From Thermoplasmata archaeon (GTDB lineage Archaea; Thermoplasmatota; Thermoplasmata; Thermoplasmatales; ARK-15), in the NCBI GenBank assembly GCA_038729465.1, contig JAVYRZ010000003.1:40454-104453 (forward strand): 64,000 nt of DNA, given 5' to 3'. The translations under genes and the position numbers were made by a program. Below, in pieces: positions 21,915 to 31,056 of the stretch. Every line of letters starts with the position of its first letter. Positions within the stretch are counted from its first letter, which is position 1. The notes under the pieces were generated by a model. That model saw nothing but the letters and a program-made list of their open reading frames with translations. It ran no database searches and had not been told where the DNA came from.

Positions 21915-23816
21915 ATGCTTGAGTTATTAGAGAGAGATGGATTAGCCAGGATATGCAAGTTCAGTGTGAATAATAAAGAGGTTGAAACACCTACATTAAT
22001 GCCCGTGATAAATCCTGGTAAGATAGTGATATCTCCCAGAGACATCTATGAAAAATTTAAATTAAAGTCGATAATTACAAATTCATATATAATCTACAAC
22101 AACAATGATCTTAAAGAGAAAGCGCTAACACAGAAACTGCACAAAATGCTTGATTATCCTGGCATAATAATGACCGATTCAGGGACTTTTCAGGATCATG
22201 TATATGGCAATCTAGAGCTTGACCCTCAAAAAATATTAGACTTTCAAAGAGAAATAGGGGCAGATATAGGAACTATTCTAGATATCTTTACAGAACCTGA
22301 TTTCAGTAGAGAACAGGCATTGTCTGCTATTGAAGAAACGGCAAGGAGGGGAGCACAAGCACTAAAAATCAAAGGAAATATGAAGCTGGCGGGAACAGTA
22401 CAGGGATCTGTGTATCTAGATTTAAGAGAATATGCAGCCCAGAAAATGAGTGCTTTGGAATTTGATTATTATCCTATAGGCGGAGTAGTTCCGCTGTTAG
22501 AATCATACAGGTATTCTGATATTGTTGATATATTAATTGCCTCAAAATTAAATTTAGATCCCAGCAAGCCAGTCCATCTATTTGGTGCTGGCCACCCCAT
22601 GTTTTTTGCGATGTCTATATTGCTAGGGGTTGATTTTTTTGATTCTTCATCATATATAAAATATGCACGCGATAACAGGTTCTTATTTCCTGATGGCACA
22701 AGGGAACTGAAAGACATGAAATATGTACCTTATTATTCTCCCGTTCTCGATAAATACGAAGTTTCAGAACTGGCCCAAATGCCATATGATGACCGCGTAA
22801 AGCTAATCGCAGAACATAATCTGTTCATATCGGTGGAAGAGCTTAACAGAGTAAAAACTGCAATATTTGAGCAAAGCATATGGGAATATGTTGAAGAGCG
22901 ATCAAGGTCTCATCCAGCACTCTATTCTGCATTGAAAACCCTGAAAAAGTATCAAGAAAAACTGGAAAGATTTGAAAATTTGAGCAGGAAACATGCCTAT
23001 TTTTATACAAGTATAGAATCTTTGAATCGCCCTGTTATATACAGACTTGATAAGAGAATTAGATCGGAGTTTCAAAACGAAAAAACAGTAGTGGTGCTAA
23101 ACCAGGAAAATATTGATAAAATGAAGCAATACATAGAAACAGCTAATGCCACGTTTTTGGTGCATACACCTTTCGGTTTTATACCATACCAGTTAATGAG
23201 TATTTATCCTATTTTACAGTCTTCTTTTCCAGATTATCCAGATAAGATAGACAACTTAAAGCATATAATGGATTCATGGGATTTAGATACATTGATATCC
23301 CGTTTAAAGAACCCGGATGATCCTATTGGAGATGAGTTTATTACTGAACACAAAAAAGATCTAGATATAGAGAAAATAAGAGCCATTGTAGATTATCAAT
23401 TTGGCAAATATTCAAGCAATGCGCTTTTTAATGGACCTGTAAAAATTGTGAAAAGCAAAAATACTGGAATGATAAGAACTGTATTTTTAGATGATAAACA
23501 TATATTATCCATGCGCAATGACGGTTTTTTTACTTTAAAATATGAAGCTGGAAAATTACTTCATGCGTATTTTAAGTATCCAAAGTTGAGGATCGCAGTG
23601 TCCAAAGATTCTGCAGAGTTCAACATGCTAGGAAAAAACGTTTTTGCCAGATTTGTAGTAGACATGGATCCGGACCTGATACCATATGATGAAGTCTTGA
23701 TAGTTGATCCAGATGATAATTATATAGGGGTAGGAAGAACTTTTATGAACAAGACAGAAGCGCTGAAATTTAAGAAAGGCATGGTTGCAGAAGTGCGTGA
23801 AACAAATAAAAAGTAA
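21915..23816 (+). CDS. tgtA: Archaeosine tRNA-guanine transglycosylase (ArcTGT) with C-terminal C2/PUA domains
   Basis: MLELLERDGLARICKF...ETPTLMPVINP, TDSGTFQ, LFGAGHP, and a PUA-like C-terminus. ATG 21915 was chosen as the start; the 22 extra N-terminal codons in the track look non-native. The canonical Zn-site cysteines are missing (see findings). Confidence 0.88.
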   Translation: MLELLERDGLARICKFSVNNKEVETPTLMPVINPGKIVISPRDIYEKFKLKSIITNSYIIYNNNDLKEKALTQKLHKMLDYPGIIMTDSGTFQDHVYGNLELDPQKILDFQREIGADIGTILDIFTEPDFSREQALSAIEETARRGAQALKIKGNMKLAGTVQGSVYLDLREYAAQKMSALEFDYYPIGGVVPLLESYRYSDIVDILIASKLNLDPSKPVHLFGAGHPMFFAMSILLGVDFFDSSSYIKYARDNRFLFPDGTRELKDMKYVPYYSPVLDKYEVSELAQMPYDDRVKLIAEHNLFISVEELNRVKTAIFEQSIWEYVEERSRSHPALYSALKTLKKYQEKLERFENLSRKHAYFYTSIESLNRPVIYRLDKRIRSEFQNEKTVVVLNQENIDKMKQYIETANATFLVHTPFGFIPYQLMSIYPILQSSFPDYPDKIDNLKHIMDSWDLDTLISRLKNPDDPIGDEFITEHKKDLDIEKIRAIVDYQFGKYSSNALFNGPVKIVKSKNTGMIRTVFLDDKHILSMRNDGFFTLKYEAGKLLHAYFKYPKLRIAVSKDSAEFNMLGKNVFARFVVDMDPDLIPYDEVLIVDPDDNYIGVGRTFMNKTEALKFKKGMVAEVRETNKK

Positions 23817-23845
23817 TAAATAGTAGATCCTATTCATAATGCTAT

Positions 23846-24487
23846 ATGATTGATGTGTATGTGTTAGTTTCAACAATAATATCTTTTATATTTGCGATCT
23901 GGATATTTGAGAGATATATAAAAAACAAAAAGCCAAAAAATCTATTTTGGGGTATAGGACTTATTTTTATGACCCTGGCATTTTTAAGTATGTTTTATGC
24001 TCAATATTATTCATGGAACATAGATCTTTACAAATTTTACAATTTTTCGAGTACGATATTAGTCTTATTATTAGGGCTTGGTACAATATATCTATTTAAC
24101 AATCAAAAATTCAGTATGTACAGTTTGATCTATTCTGTTCTTGTAATAATCATATTTACAATAGTAAACTTTTCTGCAACTATAAATGCAACAACGTTGC
24201 TGTCAAGTACAGCAAATGCCATGCCAGCATATGTCACTGGTATAGGAATGTTATTGATAATTCCAGGTGCAATAGCACTTATATTGGGTGCATTCTATTC
24301 TGCTTACAGGCTTAGACACACAAAAAATGCGATAGTTTATAATTCCTTAATAGGATTGGGTGCGCTGGTATTTTCAGCAGTAGGTTCTGCAGCACTGATA
24401 AACAATTACGCGCTTTATTATTCGGGGCAGATGATAGGTGTAATATTGATGTTTCTCGGGTTTTTGAAGAGTATTGATATAATATGA
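23846..24487 (+). CDS. Integral membrane protein (about 6 TM helices), function unknown
   Basis: 213 aa and highly hydrophobic. It has an ATGA overlap with the truD start. Confidence 0.5.
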   Translation: MIDVYVLVSTIISFIFAIWIFERYIKNKKPKNLFWGIGLIFMTLAFLSMFYAQYYSWNIDLYKFYNFSSTILVLLLGLGTIYLFNNQKFSMYSLIYSVLVIIIFTIVNFSATINATTLLSSTANAMPAYVTGIGMLLIIPGAIALILGAFYSAYRLRHTKNAIVYNSLIGLGALVFSAVGSAALINNYALYYSGQMIGVILMFLGFLKSIDII

Positions 24488-25740
24488 TCGATGAGGATTA
24501 TATTGGAATTGGTGCATATCTTTCTCATACTAAAGGCATCGGCGGGAAACTAAAAAATAAAATTGAGGATTTTGAGGTGGAAGAAATACCTATTCCAGTA
24601 CCAAGGGATTCTAATGGCAAGAATTTGATATTGTTAATCAAATTAAACAACTGGGAAACTAACCGTTTTGTCAATGAGCTATCTAAAAGGCTAAAGATAG
24701 GCAGAAACAACATCACTTTTGCAGGTACTAAAGATAAAAGAGCAATATCTACTCAATATTTCTGCATAAAAAATTTTGAATCTGATATCAACATTAATTT
24801 AAGAGATGTAGAAATACTCGAATCTTTCAGAACCAATATCTGTTTAGATTTAGGGGATTTGTACGGAAACAAGTTTAAAATCAAGGTCTCAGAATGCAAT
24901 CCTGAATCCACATTAATAGATGGTACAATGGCTGAGCTAAAAGCTGGTTTTCCAAATTTTTTTGGTGTTCAAAGATTCGGATCATCGAGACCAATTACTC
25001 ATATTGTGGGTAAATATATACTTCAGAGAGATTTTGAAAACGCAGTAAGACATTATGTGGGCATGAAATTCGACTATGACAAAGATACAGAAGCCAGATC
25101 TTATTTTTTTGACACTTTAGATGCTAAAGGTACTTTAAAAATGATATCTGAAACACTAGATTATGAAAAAGTGATGTTATACCATCTTATTGAAAAACCT
25201 GGAGATTATAGAGGTGCAATAGCAGCATTGCCAAGAACACTGAAAATGATGTTTATTCATGGATATCAGTCCTATTTGTTCAATAAGATACTTACCTTTA
25301 GGATTAAAGAGCAATCTATTTTAGAGCCTATGACTGGGGATGTTATAATACCGGTGAAAGATGGCTATCCAGATACAGACCGTGAAATTCCGGTAACTTT
25401 GGACAACATTGATACCATAAAAAAGAGAATTGAAGAGAAAAAAGCTTGGATTTCTGCAATATTATATGGTTATAACTCTGAGTTTTCAGGTGGAGAACAG
25501 GGAAGAATTGAAAAAGAGGTCATAGAGGCTGAAAATATATCAAAAGATATGTTCAAGATCAAAGAATTGCCAGAATTATCTTCTAAAGGATTTAGAAGGG
25601 CAATGTCTGAAAATTTTAAAAGTTTATCTTATGTCACGGACAACGATTATGCAGTTTTTAAGTTCTATTTGAACAAAGGGACTTATGCGACATCTTTAAT
25701 GCGTGAATTTATGAAGCGAGATGGCATATATTTTTATTAG
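24484..25740 (+). CDS. truD: tRNA pseudouridine synthase TruD/Pus7 family
   Basis: 418 aa; GIGGKLKNKIEDFEVEEIP, FAGTKDKRAISTQ (catalytic Asp), and FGVQRFG. Confidence 0.9.
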   Translation: MIDEDYIGIGAYLSHTKGIGGKLKNKIEDFEVEEIPIPVPRDSNGKNLILLIKLNNWETNRFVNELSKRLKIGRNNITFAGTKDKRAISTQYFCIKNFESDININLRDVEILESFRTNICLDLGDLYGNKFKIKVSECNPESTLIDGTMAELKAGFPNFFGVQRFGSSRPITHIVGKYILQRDFENAVRHYVGMKFDYDKDTEARSYFFDTLDAKGTLKMISETLDYEKVMLYHLIEKPGDYRGAIAALPRTLKMMFIHGYQSYLFNKILTFRIKEQSILEPMTGDVIIPVKDGYPDTDREIPVTLDNIDTIKKRIEEKKAWISAILYGYNSEFSGGEQGRIEKEVIEAENISKDMFKIKELPELSSKGFRRAMSENFKSLSYVTDNDYAVFKFYLNKGTYATSLMREFMKRDGIYFY

Positions 25741-25810
25741 TAATAACAAATAAAAAATAGAAATGATTATATATGAAATTTTGATTTATGGAAATTGGAG
25801 GTAAATATCC

Positions 25811-25969
25811 ATGCCTCAAAAAAAGAAAATCAACTTTGTGAAAAAGAAAGACTTGGATAAGTTGAAGAAGTATGAAGATATTGATTATATGATATCTGAC
25901 AGCCTGGATGAGGATATAGATTCGAACGAGGATGAGGAGGAAAAAGAACAAAAGAATGATTGGGAATAA
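25811..25969 (+). CDS. Unannotated small protein (52 aa) with a basic N-terminus and acidic C-terminus
   Basis: Below the track size cutoff. The ATG at 25811 lies 8 nt after GGAGGT. The product reads MPQKKKINFVKKKDLDKLKKYEDIDYMISDSLDEDIDSNEDEEEKEQKNDWE. It is followed by a short AGATT/AATCT hairpin and T-tracts. The competing minus-strand track ORF 25709-25951 looks spurious. Confidence 0.35.
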   Translation: MPQKKKINFVKKKDLDKLKKYEDIDYMISDSLDEDIDSNEDEEEKEQKNDWE

Positions 25970-26141
25970 AATAGATTCAAAAAAAATCTGTTTTTAATCT
26001 TTTTTAGATTATATTTTATAATTTTTAACATTATACTCAACAATTTTTATTGATATATATTAGCAAATACCCGTCATATATGCCAAAGTTTGACATAGCC
26101 AATAAGAAGCTTTATCTTATTGTTTGCATTTACCTCTCGCT

Positions 26142-26693
26142 ATGTATGAAGTAAGATTTCATGGCAGAGGTGGACAAGGTGCAGTTACAGCTGCAAATAT
26201 TCTTGCGATTGCAGCGTTCAAAGAAGGCTATGATGTACAGGCATTTCCGTTTTTTGGAGTAGAGCGCAGAGGTGCTCCTGTAGAAGCGTATACAAGAATT
26301 GACAACAGGAAAATAGATATAAAAATGTATATTTATAATCCAGATGCGGTGATAGTACTAGACACATCTTTGATAAGCAAGATTGACGTGGCTAAAGGAT
26401 TGAAAGATGGAGGAATAATAATATTTAATTCTGTTAAAGAACCGTCTGAATTCAAACTAAAAACCTTTAAAGTCGCAACAGTGGATGCAACTGACATTGC
26501 AGTGAACAGGGGATTAGGATCTAAATCCGCGCCTATAGTAAACACTGCGATTCTCGGAGCTTACGCAAAGGCAGTAGGAAACGTGAAAATAGAGAGCATA
26601 GTGGAAGCTGTGAAGGAAAACGCGCCGATTAAGGGAGAGGAGAACGCAGCCGCCGCTTTTGAATCTTATCAAAAAACGGTTTTAGGATGGTGA
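26142..26693 (+). CDS. porG: 2-oxoacid (pyruvate/2-ketoisovalerate-type):ferredoxin oxidoreductase gamma subunit
   Basis: [22 protein letters not shown] is typical of the gamma subunit. ATG 26142 was chosen; the track start at 26124 is a TTG. Confidence 0.88.
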   Translation: MYEVRFHGRGGQGAVTAANILAIAAFKEGYDVQAFPFFGVERRGAPVEAYTRIDNRKIDIKMYIYNPDAVIVLDTSLISKIDVAKGLKDGGIIIFNSVKEPSEFKLKTFKVATVDATDIAVNRGLGSKSAPIVNTAILGAYAKAVGNVKIESIVEAVKENAPIKGEENAAAAFESYQKTVLGW

Positions 26694-26700
26694 ACTTTTT

Positions 26701-27003
26701 ATGAAAATTACAAGAGGTATAGTCATATCAGAGCCAGGAAGTACCGCTCTTGAAGAGACGGGATCATGGAGAACTTATAAACCTGAAATAAGATATGAAA
26801 AATGTATTAGATGCATGATTTGCTGGACTTATTGCCCAGAGCCAGCAATAGAAAAGAAAGAGGGAAAAACATATGCAACACCAAACCAGAAACTGGTCAA
26901 TATGCCAGTTCCAGTTATAAACTATGATTACTGCAAAGGATGCGGGATCTGTGTAAATGAATGCCCGACCAAAGCTATAGATTTCTACAGGGAGGAAAAG
27001 TAA
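26701..27003 (+). CDS. porD: 2-oxoacid:ferredoxin oxidoreductase delta subunit (2x[4Fe-4S])
   Basis: 100 aa; CIRCMICWTYCP and CKGCGICVNECP. Confidence 0.9.
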   Translation: MKITRGIVISEPGSTALEETGSWRTYKPEIRYEKCIRCMICWTYCPEPAIEKKEGKTYATPNQKLVNMPVPVINYDYCKGCGICVNECPTKAIDFYREEK

Positions 27004-27004
27004 T

Positions 27005-28195
27005 ATGACAAAAATGATCGTGAAAGGTAACGAATCTGTAGCTTATGCAGCCAAACTTGCGAGGGTATCCGTAATACCTGCTTATCCTATCACACCCTCC
27101 ACTTTATTTCCTGAAAAAATATCAGAAATGATAGCTGAAGGGAAGATGGATGCACTGTTTTTACCTGTTGAAAGCGAACATTCAGCAATGTCCGCGGCGA
27201 TAGGAGCTGCAGTAACGGGTGTAAGGACCATGACCGCAACTGCAAGCCAGGGCGTGGCATTTATGCATGAAATGCTGTTCATAGCAAGTGGAATGAGACT
27301 GCCAATAGTCATGGCTGTGGGAAATAGAGCATTAAGTGCACCGGTAAATATATGGGCTGATCAGCAGGATAGCATGTCAGAGCGTGATGCAGGATGGTTA
27401 CATTTATATGCCGAAACCAATCAGGAAGCACTGGATCTTGCACTTCTGGCTTTTAAGATCAGTGAAAACGAAAAAGTGTTGTTACCAACATTGATTGGAC
27501 TCGATGCTTTTGTACTGACTCACACAATGGAACCTGTGGATGTGCCAGAGCAGGAAGAGGTTGATGCTTTCCTAGGGAAAAAGCAAATAAATTATGAGGT
27601 TATGGACAGTAATAGCCCTTCCACTTTCGGGGCATTTGTATTTCCTGAACATTATATTGAATTCAGGTATTCACAAAGCATAGCCATGGAAAATGCAAAA
27701 AAAGTAATCGACGAATCATTTAAAGAATTCGAGACTAAATTTGGAAGGAAATATGAAAAAGTATCTAAATTTATGGTGGATGATGCAGATATAGTATTAT
27801 TAACCATGGGCTCAATGACCGGCACAGCAAGAGAGTCAGTCCGAAGAATGAGAGAAAAGGGAATTAAAGTTGGATTAATCAAGATAACTGTTTTCAGACC
27901 ATTTCCAAAAGAAGAGCTTATAAATATACTTAAAAAGGTAAAATTACTTGCCGTTGTGGATAGAAACATATCCATCGGATTTGCAGGATCTATTTATAGT
28001 GAGATTTCAACAATAATGTACGGTGAGAAAACACGCCCTAAAATTATAGATTTTATAATTGGGTTGGGTGGTAGAGATATTAAAGTTGAAAACTATGAAG
28101 AGATTGTAAATATTGCGCAAAGCCAGAAGGCTGAAGCTGTTAACTGGATCAATGTTGATAAAGACGCGGTATATAAAGCGGAGGGAATGCAATGA
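27005..28195 (+). CDS. porA: 2-oxoacid:ferredoxin oxidoreductase alpha subunit
   Basis: 396 aa; GNESVAYAA...IPAYPITPST...ESEHSAMSA..GA...G.R..TATASQG. Confidence 0.92.
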   Translation: MTKMIVKGNESVAYAAKLARVSVIPAYPITPSTLFPEKISEMIAEGKMDALFLPVESEHSAMSAAIGAAVTGVRTMTATASQGVAFMHEMLFIASGMRLPIVMAVGNRALSAPVNIWADQQDSMSERDAGWLHLYAETNQEALDLALLAFKISENEKVLLPTLIGLDAFVLTHTMEPVDVPEQEEVDAFLGKKQINYEVMDSNSPSTFGAFVFPEHYIEFRYSQSIAMENAKKVIDESFKEFETKFGRKYEKVSKFMVDDADIVLLTMGSMTGTARESVRRMREKGIKVGLIKITVFRPFPKEELINILKKVKLLAVVDRNISIGFAGSIYSEISTIMYGEKTRPKIIDFIIGLGGRDIKVENYEEIVNIAQSQKAEAVNWINVDKDAVYKAEGMQ

Positions 28196-29082
28196 TCAAC
28201 GAAGATGTTGAATATTTTGCGCCTGGGCACAGAGCCTGTGCAGGCTGTGCAGCACCAATTATTGTAAAATGGGTACTGAAACTTGCAGGCCCGAACACGT
28301 ACATTGTGAACGCTACAGGCTGTCTGGAAGTATTTTCCACACCCTATCCACATACATCATGGAAATTGCCTTGGTTACATACTGCTTTTGAAAATGCCTC
28401 TGCGACTGCAAGTGGCCTAGAGTATGCACTTAAAGCTCTTGGAAAAGACAAAGATGCAAACATAATTATATTCGGTGGAGATGGTGGTACTTCTGATATT
28501 GGCATACAGTCTTTGAGCGGAATGTTAGAGAGAGGTCATAATATCATGTATGTGTTATATGATAATGAAGCATATATGAACACGGGAATACAGAGATCTT
28601 CATCCACTCCTTTCGGTGCGTGGACTACAACGACACAGATAGGTCCTTCAGATATGCTCGGTAAAAAAGAGCTAAAAAAGCCGATTGCAAAGATAGTAGC
28701 AGCACATAATATTCCTTATGTAGCTACTGTTAATCCTGCCTATATGAACGATTTTAAAACGAAGATAAACAAAGCTTTAAAGATCAAAGGACCTAGATTT
28801 ATACATTCTATATCCAGTTGCACAACAGGATGGAGACATGATCCAAGTAAGACAATAGAGATAATGAGACTTGCAACAGATACAGGAATATTTCCTTTAT
28901 ATGAAATAGAGAATGGTGAAATAGAAAATTTGAAGCTTACATATATTCCAAAGCAGAGAAAGCCAGTAGAAGAGTATTTAAAACCGCAGGGTAGATTCAG
29001 GCATCTCTTTAACAATCCACAATATATTAAAGAGATTCAGGAAATGGTAGATAAATGGTGGGCTCCATACGAAAAAAAGTAG
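28192..29082 (+). CDS. porB: 2-oxoacid:ferredoxin oxidoreductase beta subunit (TPP-binding)
   Basis: 296 aa; GHRACAGCAAP, the GGDGGTSDIG TPP motif, and YDNEAYMNTGIQ. Confidence 0.92.
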   Translation: MINEDVEYFAPGHRACAGCAAPIIVKWVLKLAGPNTYIVNATGCLEVFSTPYPHTSWKLPWLHTAFENASATASGLEYALKALGKDKDANIIIFGGDGGTSDIGIQSLSGMLERGHNIMYVLYDNEAYMNTGIQRSSSTPFGAWTTTTQIGPSDMLGKKELKKPIAKIVAAHNIPYVATVNPAYMNDFKTKINKALKIKGPRFIHSISSCTTGWRHDPSKTIEIMRLATDTGIFPLYEIENGEIENLKLTYIPKQRKPVEEYLKPQGRFRHLFNNPQYIKEIQEMVDKWWAPYEKK

Positions 29083-29448
29083 AGTCTAAAAAATTATCTT
29101 TTACCCCTTTATTTTTCTTGGAATAAACAGAAAAGGTACTATTTTTAACGGACAGGATAATTCGTCAGATGAAAAATTAGAAAAGGAATTGCTAGATCAC
29201 CGCACATTCAAAAACTGTGATCATGGTACGAGTAAAAGCAATGGCTATGTGTTTAAAGCATAATATATACATTCTTTTATCTTTGGAAAATAACGTAGTG
29301 TAAGCAATAAAAAGCAGAAAAAATAAATGAAAGAATATCTAGGAAAGAGGCTATTTTTGTGATTTTGAATGCAGTTCTACGAGGTAAGTTAAAAATCGAG
29401 TTATTGTCAGAAAATTTATTATAGTTATTATATAATATCAAATCTGTT

Positions 29449-30942
29449 ATGAATGGTCTGTCTGGCTTAATGAAAGAATTATCTATCTTCTTTGAATCAA
29501 AATCTGCAACATCTCTTATCTTAGCTGGTGCTCCAGGTACCGGTAAAACTACGCTAGCACTCCAGATTTTAGAGACTTATAAAGATAAGTACAATGGAAT
29601 ATATTTATCTACAAGAGTTGGTGATTCTGCATTATATCAGCAGTTTCCATGGATAAAAGATATGGAAAATAAAACTAAAATAATAGATGCTGGCAGGTTG
29701 TTTTTAGATAGCTTAAAAATTATAGAAGCAAACAGTGACGAAGAACAAGTAGAGGCAGCGAGATTATTGATCAAGAATATCTACGATGACAAACCTGCAA
29801 AAGTGTCAAGAGTATTATACAACAAATATTTCAAGGATCTTAAAATACCAGAATTAAAACGAGTATACAATGAAGTAGAACGTAATCTTCCAAATAGGTC
29901 TATGATAATAATAGACAGCGTGGAAGGATTATCAAGCAAGTACAAAATTAACGAAGAAGAGCTTATATATACCCTAGTAAAAGACTTGGTAGATGACAGT
30001 AATGCGAATATAATATTTATTTTAGAAAAAAAGAGGTCAGAACAGTTAGAGTACATAGCTGATGGTGTATTTGTTTTAGATCAGGATATGTACGAAGGGA
30101 GAAAGGTGAGAAGTCTGAATATAATTAAAATGAGAGGTGTAAGCTTTAAATTTAGCAAATATATGATTACATTAAATGGTGGAAAATTTAGGATATTTTC
30201 ACCTACTGCCGAGATCTCTCTTCAGGGGTTGGAAAATATAGAGAAAGATTACAATATGCAAAATAAAAACTTAATTACTACCGGAAGCAAAGATTTAGAC
30301 ACAATGTTGGATGGAGGGTTTAAATATGGCACTTTAAATTTAATATCTGTTAGTAAAGATGTGAGTAAATTGCAATATGAGACCTTTATGACCCAGATAC
30401 TTGGAAATATATTAAGCAACAATATTGGGATCTTAGCAGTTCCTTCGTTGGGCCAAACTATCGAAGGTAATAGAAATAGATTTAAGAGCTATAGATTCTT
30501 AGACCCTGAACTGGTAGATAATAATCTTAGATTTATAGATTATTCTGGATACAATAATAACAAAAAGTATGTTATATCGCTTACAGGCAGAAGAGAAAGT
30601 TCAATAGAGCAATTGAACTCGAAAATAAATGAACTGAGAAAGTATAATAAAACAATTGTTTACCTCCTTTCCTTGAGTACAATTGAAAAGTTTAGAGGCC
30701 AAATAGCATTTTTAGAAATTGTAGATTTCATAAATAATATTATAAATAGCAACGATATAGGAATAGCTATAGCTAAGCCAGGCATAATAAGTGAAAATCT
30801 GATAAAAAACATGGCATCAATTCATATCAGACTTCTAAATATATACAATAAATTATGTCTTTATGGGATCGCTCCAAAAACTATCCTATATGCTATAGAA
30901 CCTTCAAAAAATTATTCTTTTGATCTTGTGCCAATAGTATGA
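29449..30942 (+). CDS. Two-domain KaiC/RecA-superfamily ATPase with an intact N-terminal P-loop domain and a degenerate C-terminal domain
   Basis: Domain 1 has LILAGAPGTGKTTLALQ (Walker A) and MIIIDSVEGL (Walker B). Domain 2 starts with the KaiC-type TGSKDLDTMLDGGFKYGTLNLIS, but the P-loop position reads VSKDVSKLQY. Confidence 0.7.
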   Translation: MNGLSGLMKELSIFFESKSATSLILAGAPGTGKTTLALQILETYKDKYNGIYLSTRVGDSALYQQFPWIKDMENKTKIIDAGRLFLDSLKIIEANSDEEQVEAARLLIKNIYDDKPAKVSRVLYNKYFKDLKIPELKRVYNEVERNLPNRSMIIIDSVEGLSSKYKINEEELIYTLVKDLVDDSNANIIFILEKKRSEQLEYIADGVFVLDQDMYEGRKVRSLNIIKMRGVSFKFSKYMITLNGGKFRIFSPTAEISLQGLENIEKDYNMQNKNLITTGSKDLDTMLDGGFKYGTLNLISVSKDVSKLQYETFMTQILGNILSNNIGILAVPSLGQTIEGNRNRFKSYRFLDPELVDNNLRFIDYSGYNNNKKYVISLTGRRESSIEQLNSKINELRKYNKTIVYLLSLSTIEKFRGQIAFLEIVDFINNIINSNDIGIAIAKPGIISENLIKNMASIHIRLLNIYNKLCLYGIAPKTILYAIEPSKNYSFDLVPIV

Positions 30943-31056
30943 CATTTATATCAATAATGTCTGATTTTTTAGTAAAATTTATATACTAATTATATTATAT
31001 CTAATTTAATAAGTCAGACAAAAGTCATAAAATATCCTGGCAGGATTGGTGAGTAA

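Noticed and set aside
25709-25951. 80-aa minus-strand track ORF between truD and porG
   Set aside because: Its sequence is F/L/I-rich and low-complexity, and it has no SD. The opposite strand has a 52-codon ORF with a perfect GGAGGT SD, which I consider the more likely gene, though that too is unproven.
29090-29263. Stop-to-stop frame downstream of porB ending ...DEKLEKELLDHRTFKNCDHGTSKSNGYVFKA*
   Set aside because: It has no ATG/GTG/TTG start in a sensible position and no SD. It resembles nothing I recognise, and is most likely non-coding spacer or a fully decayed fragment.
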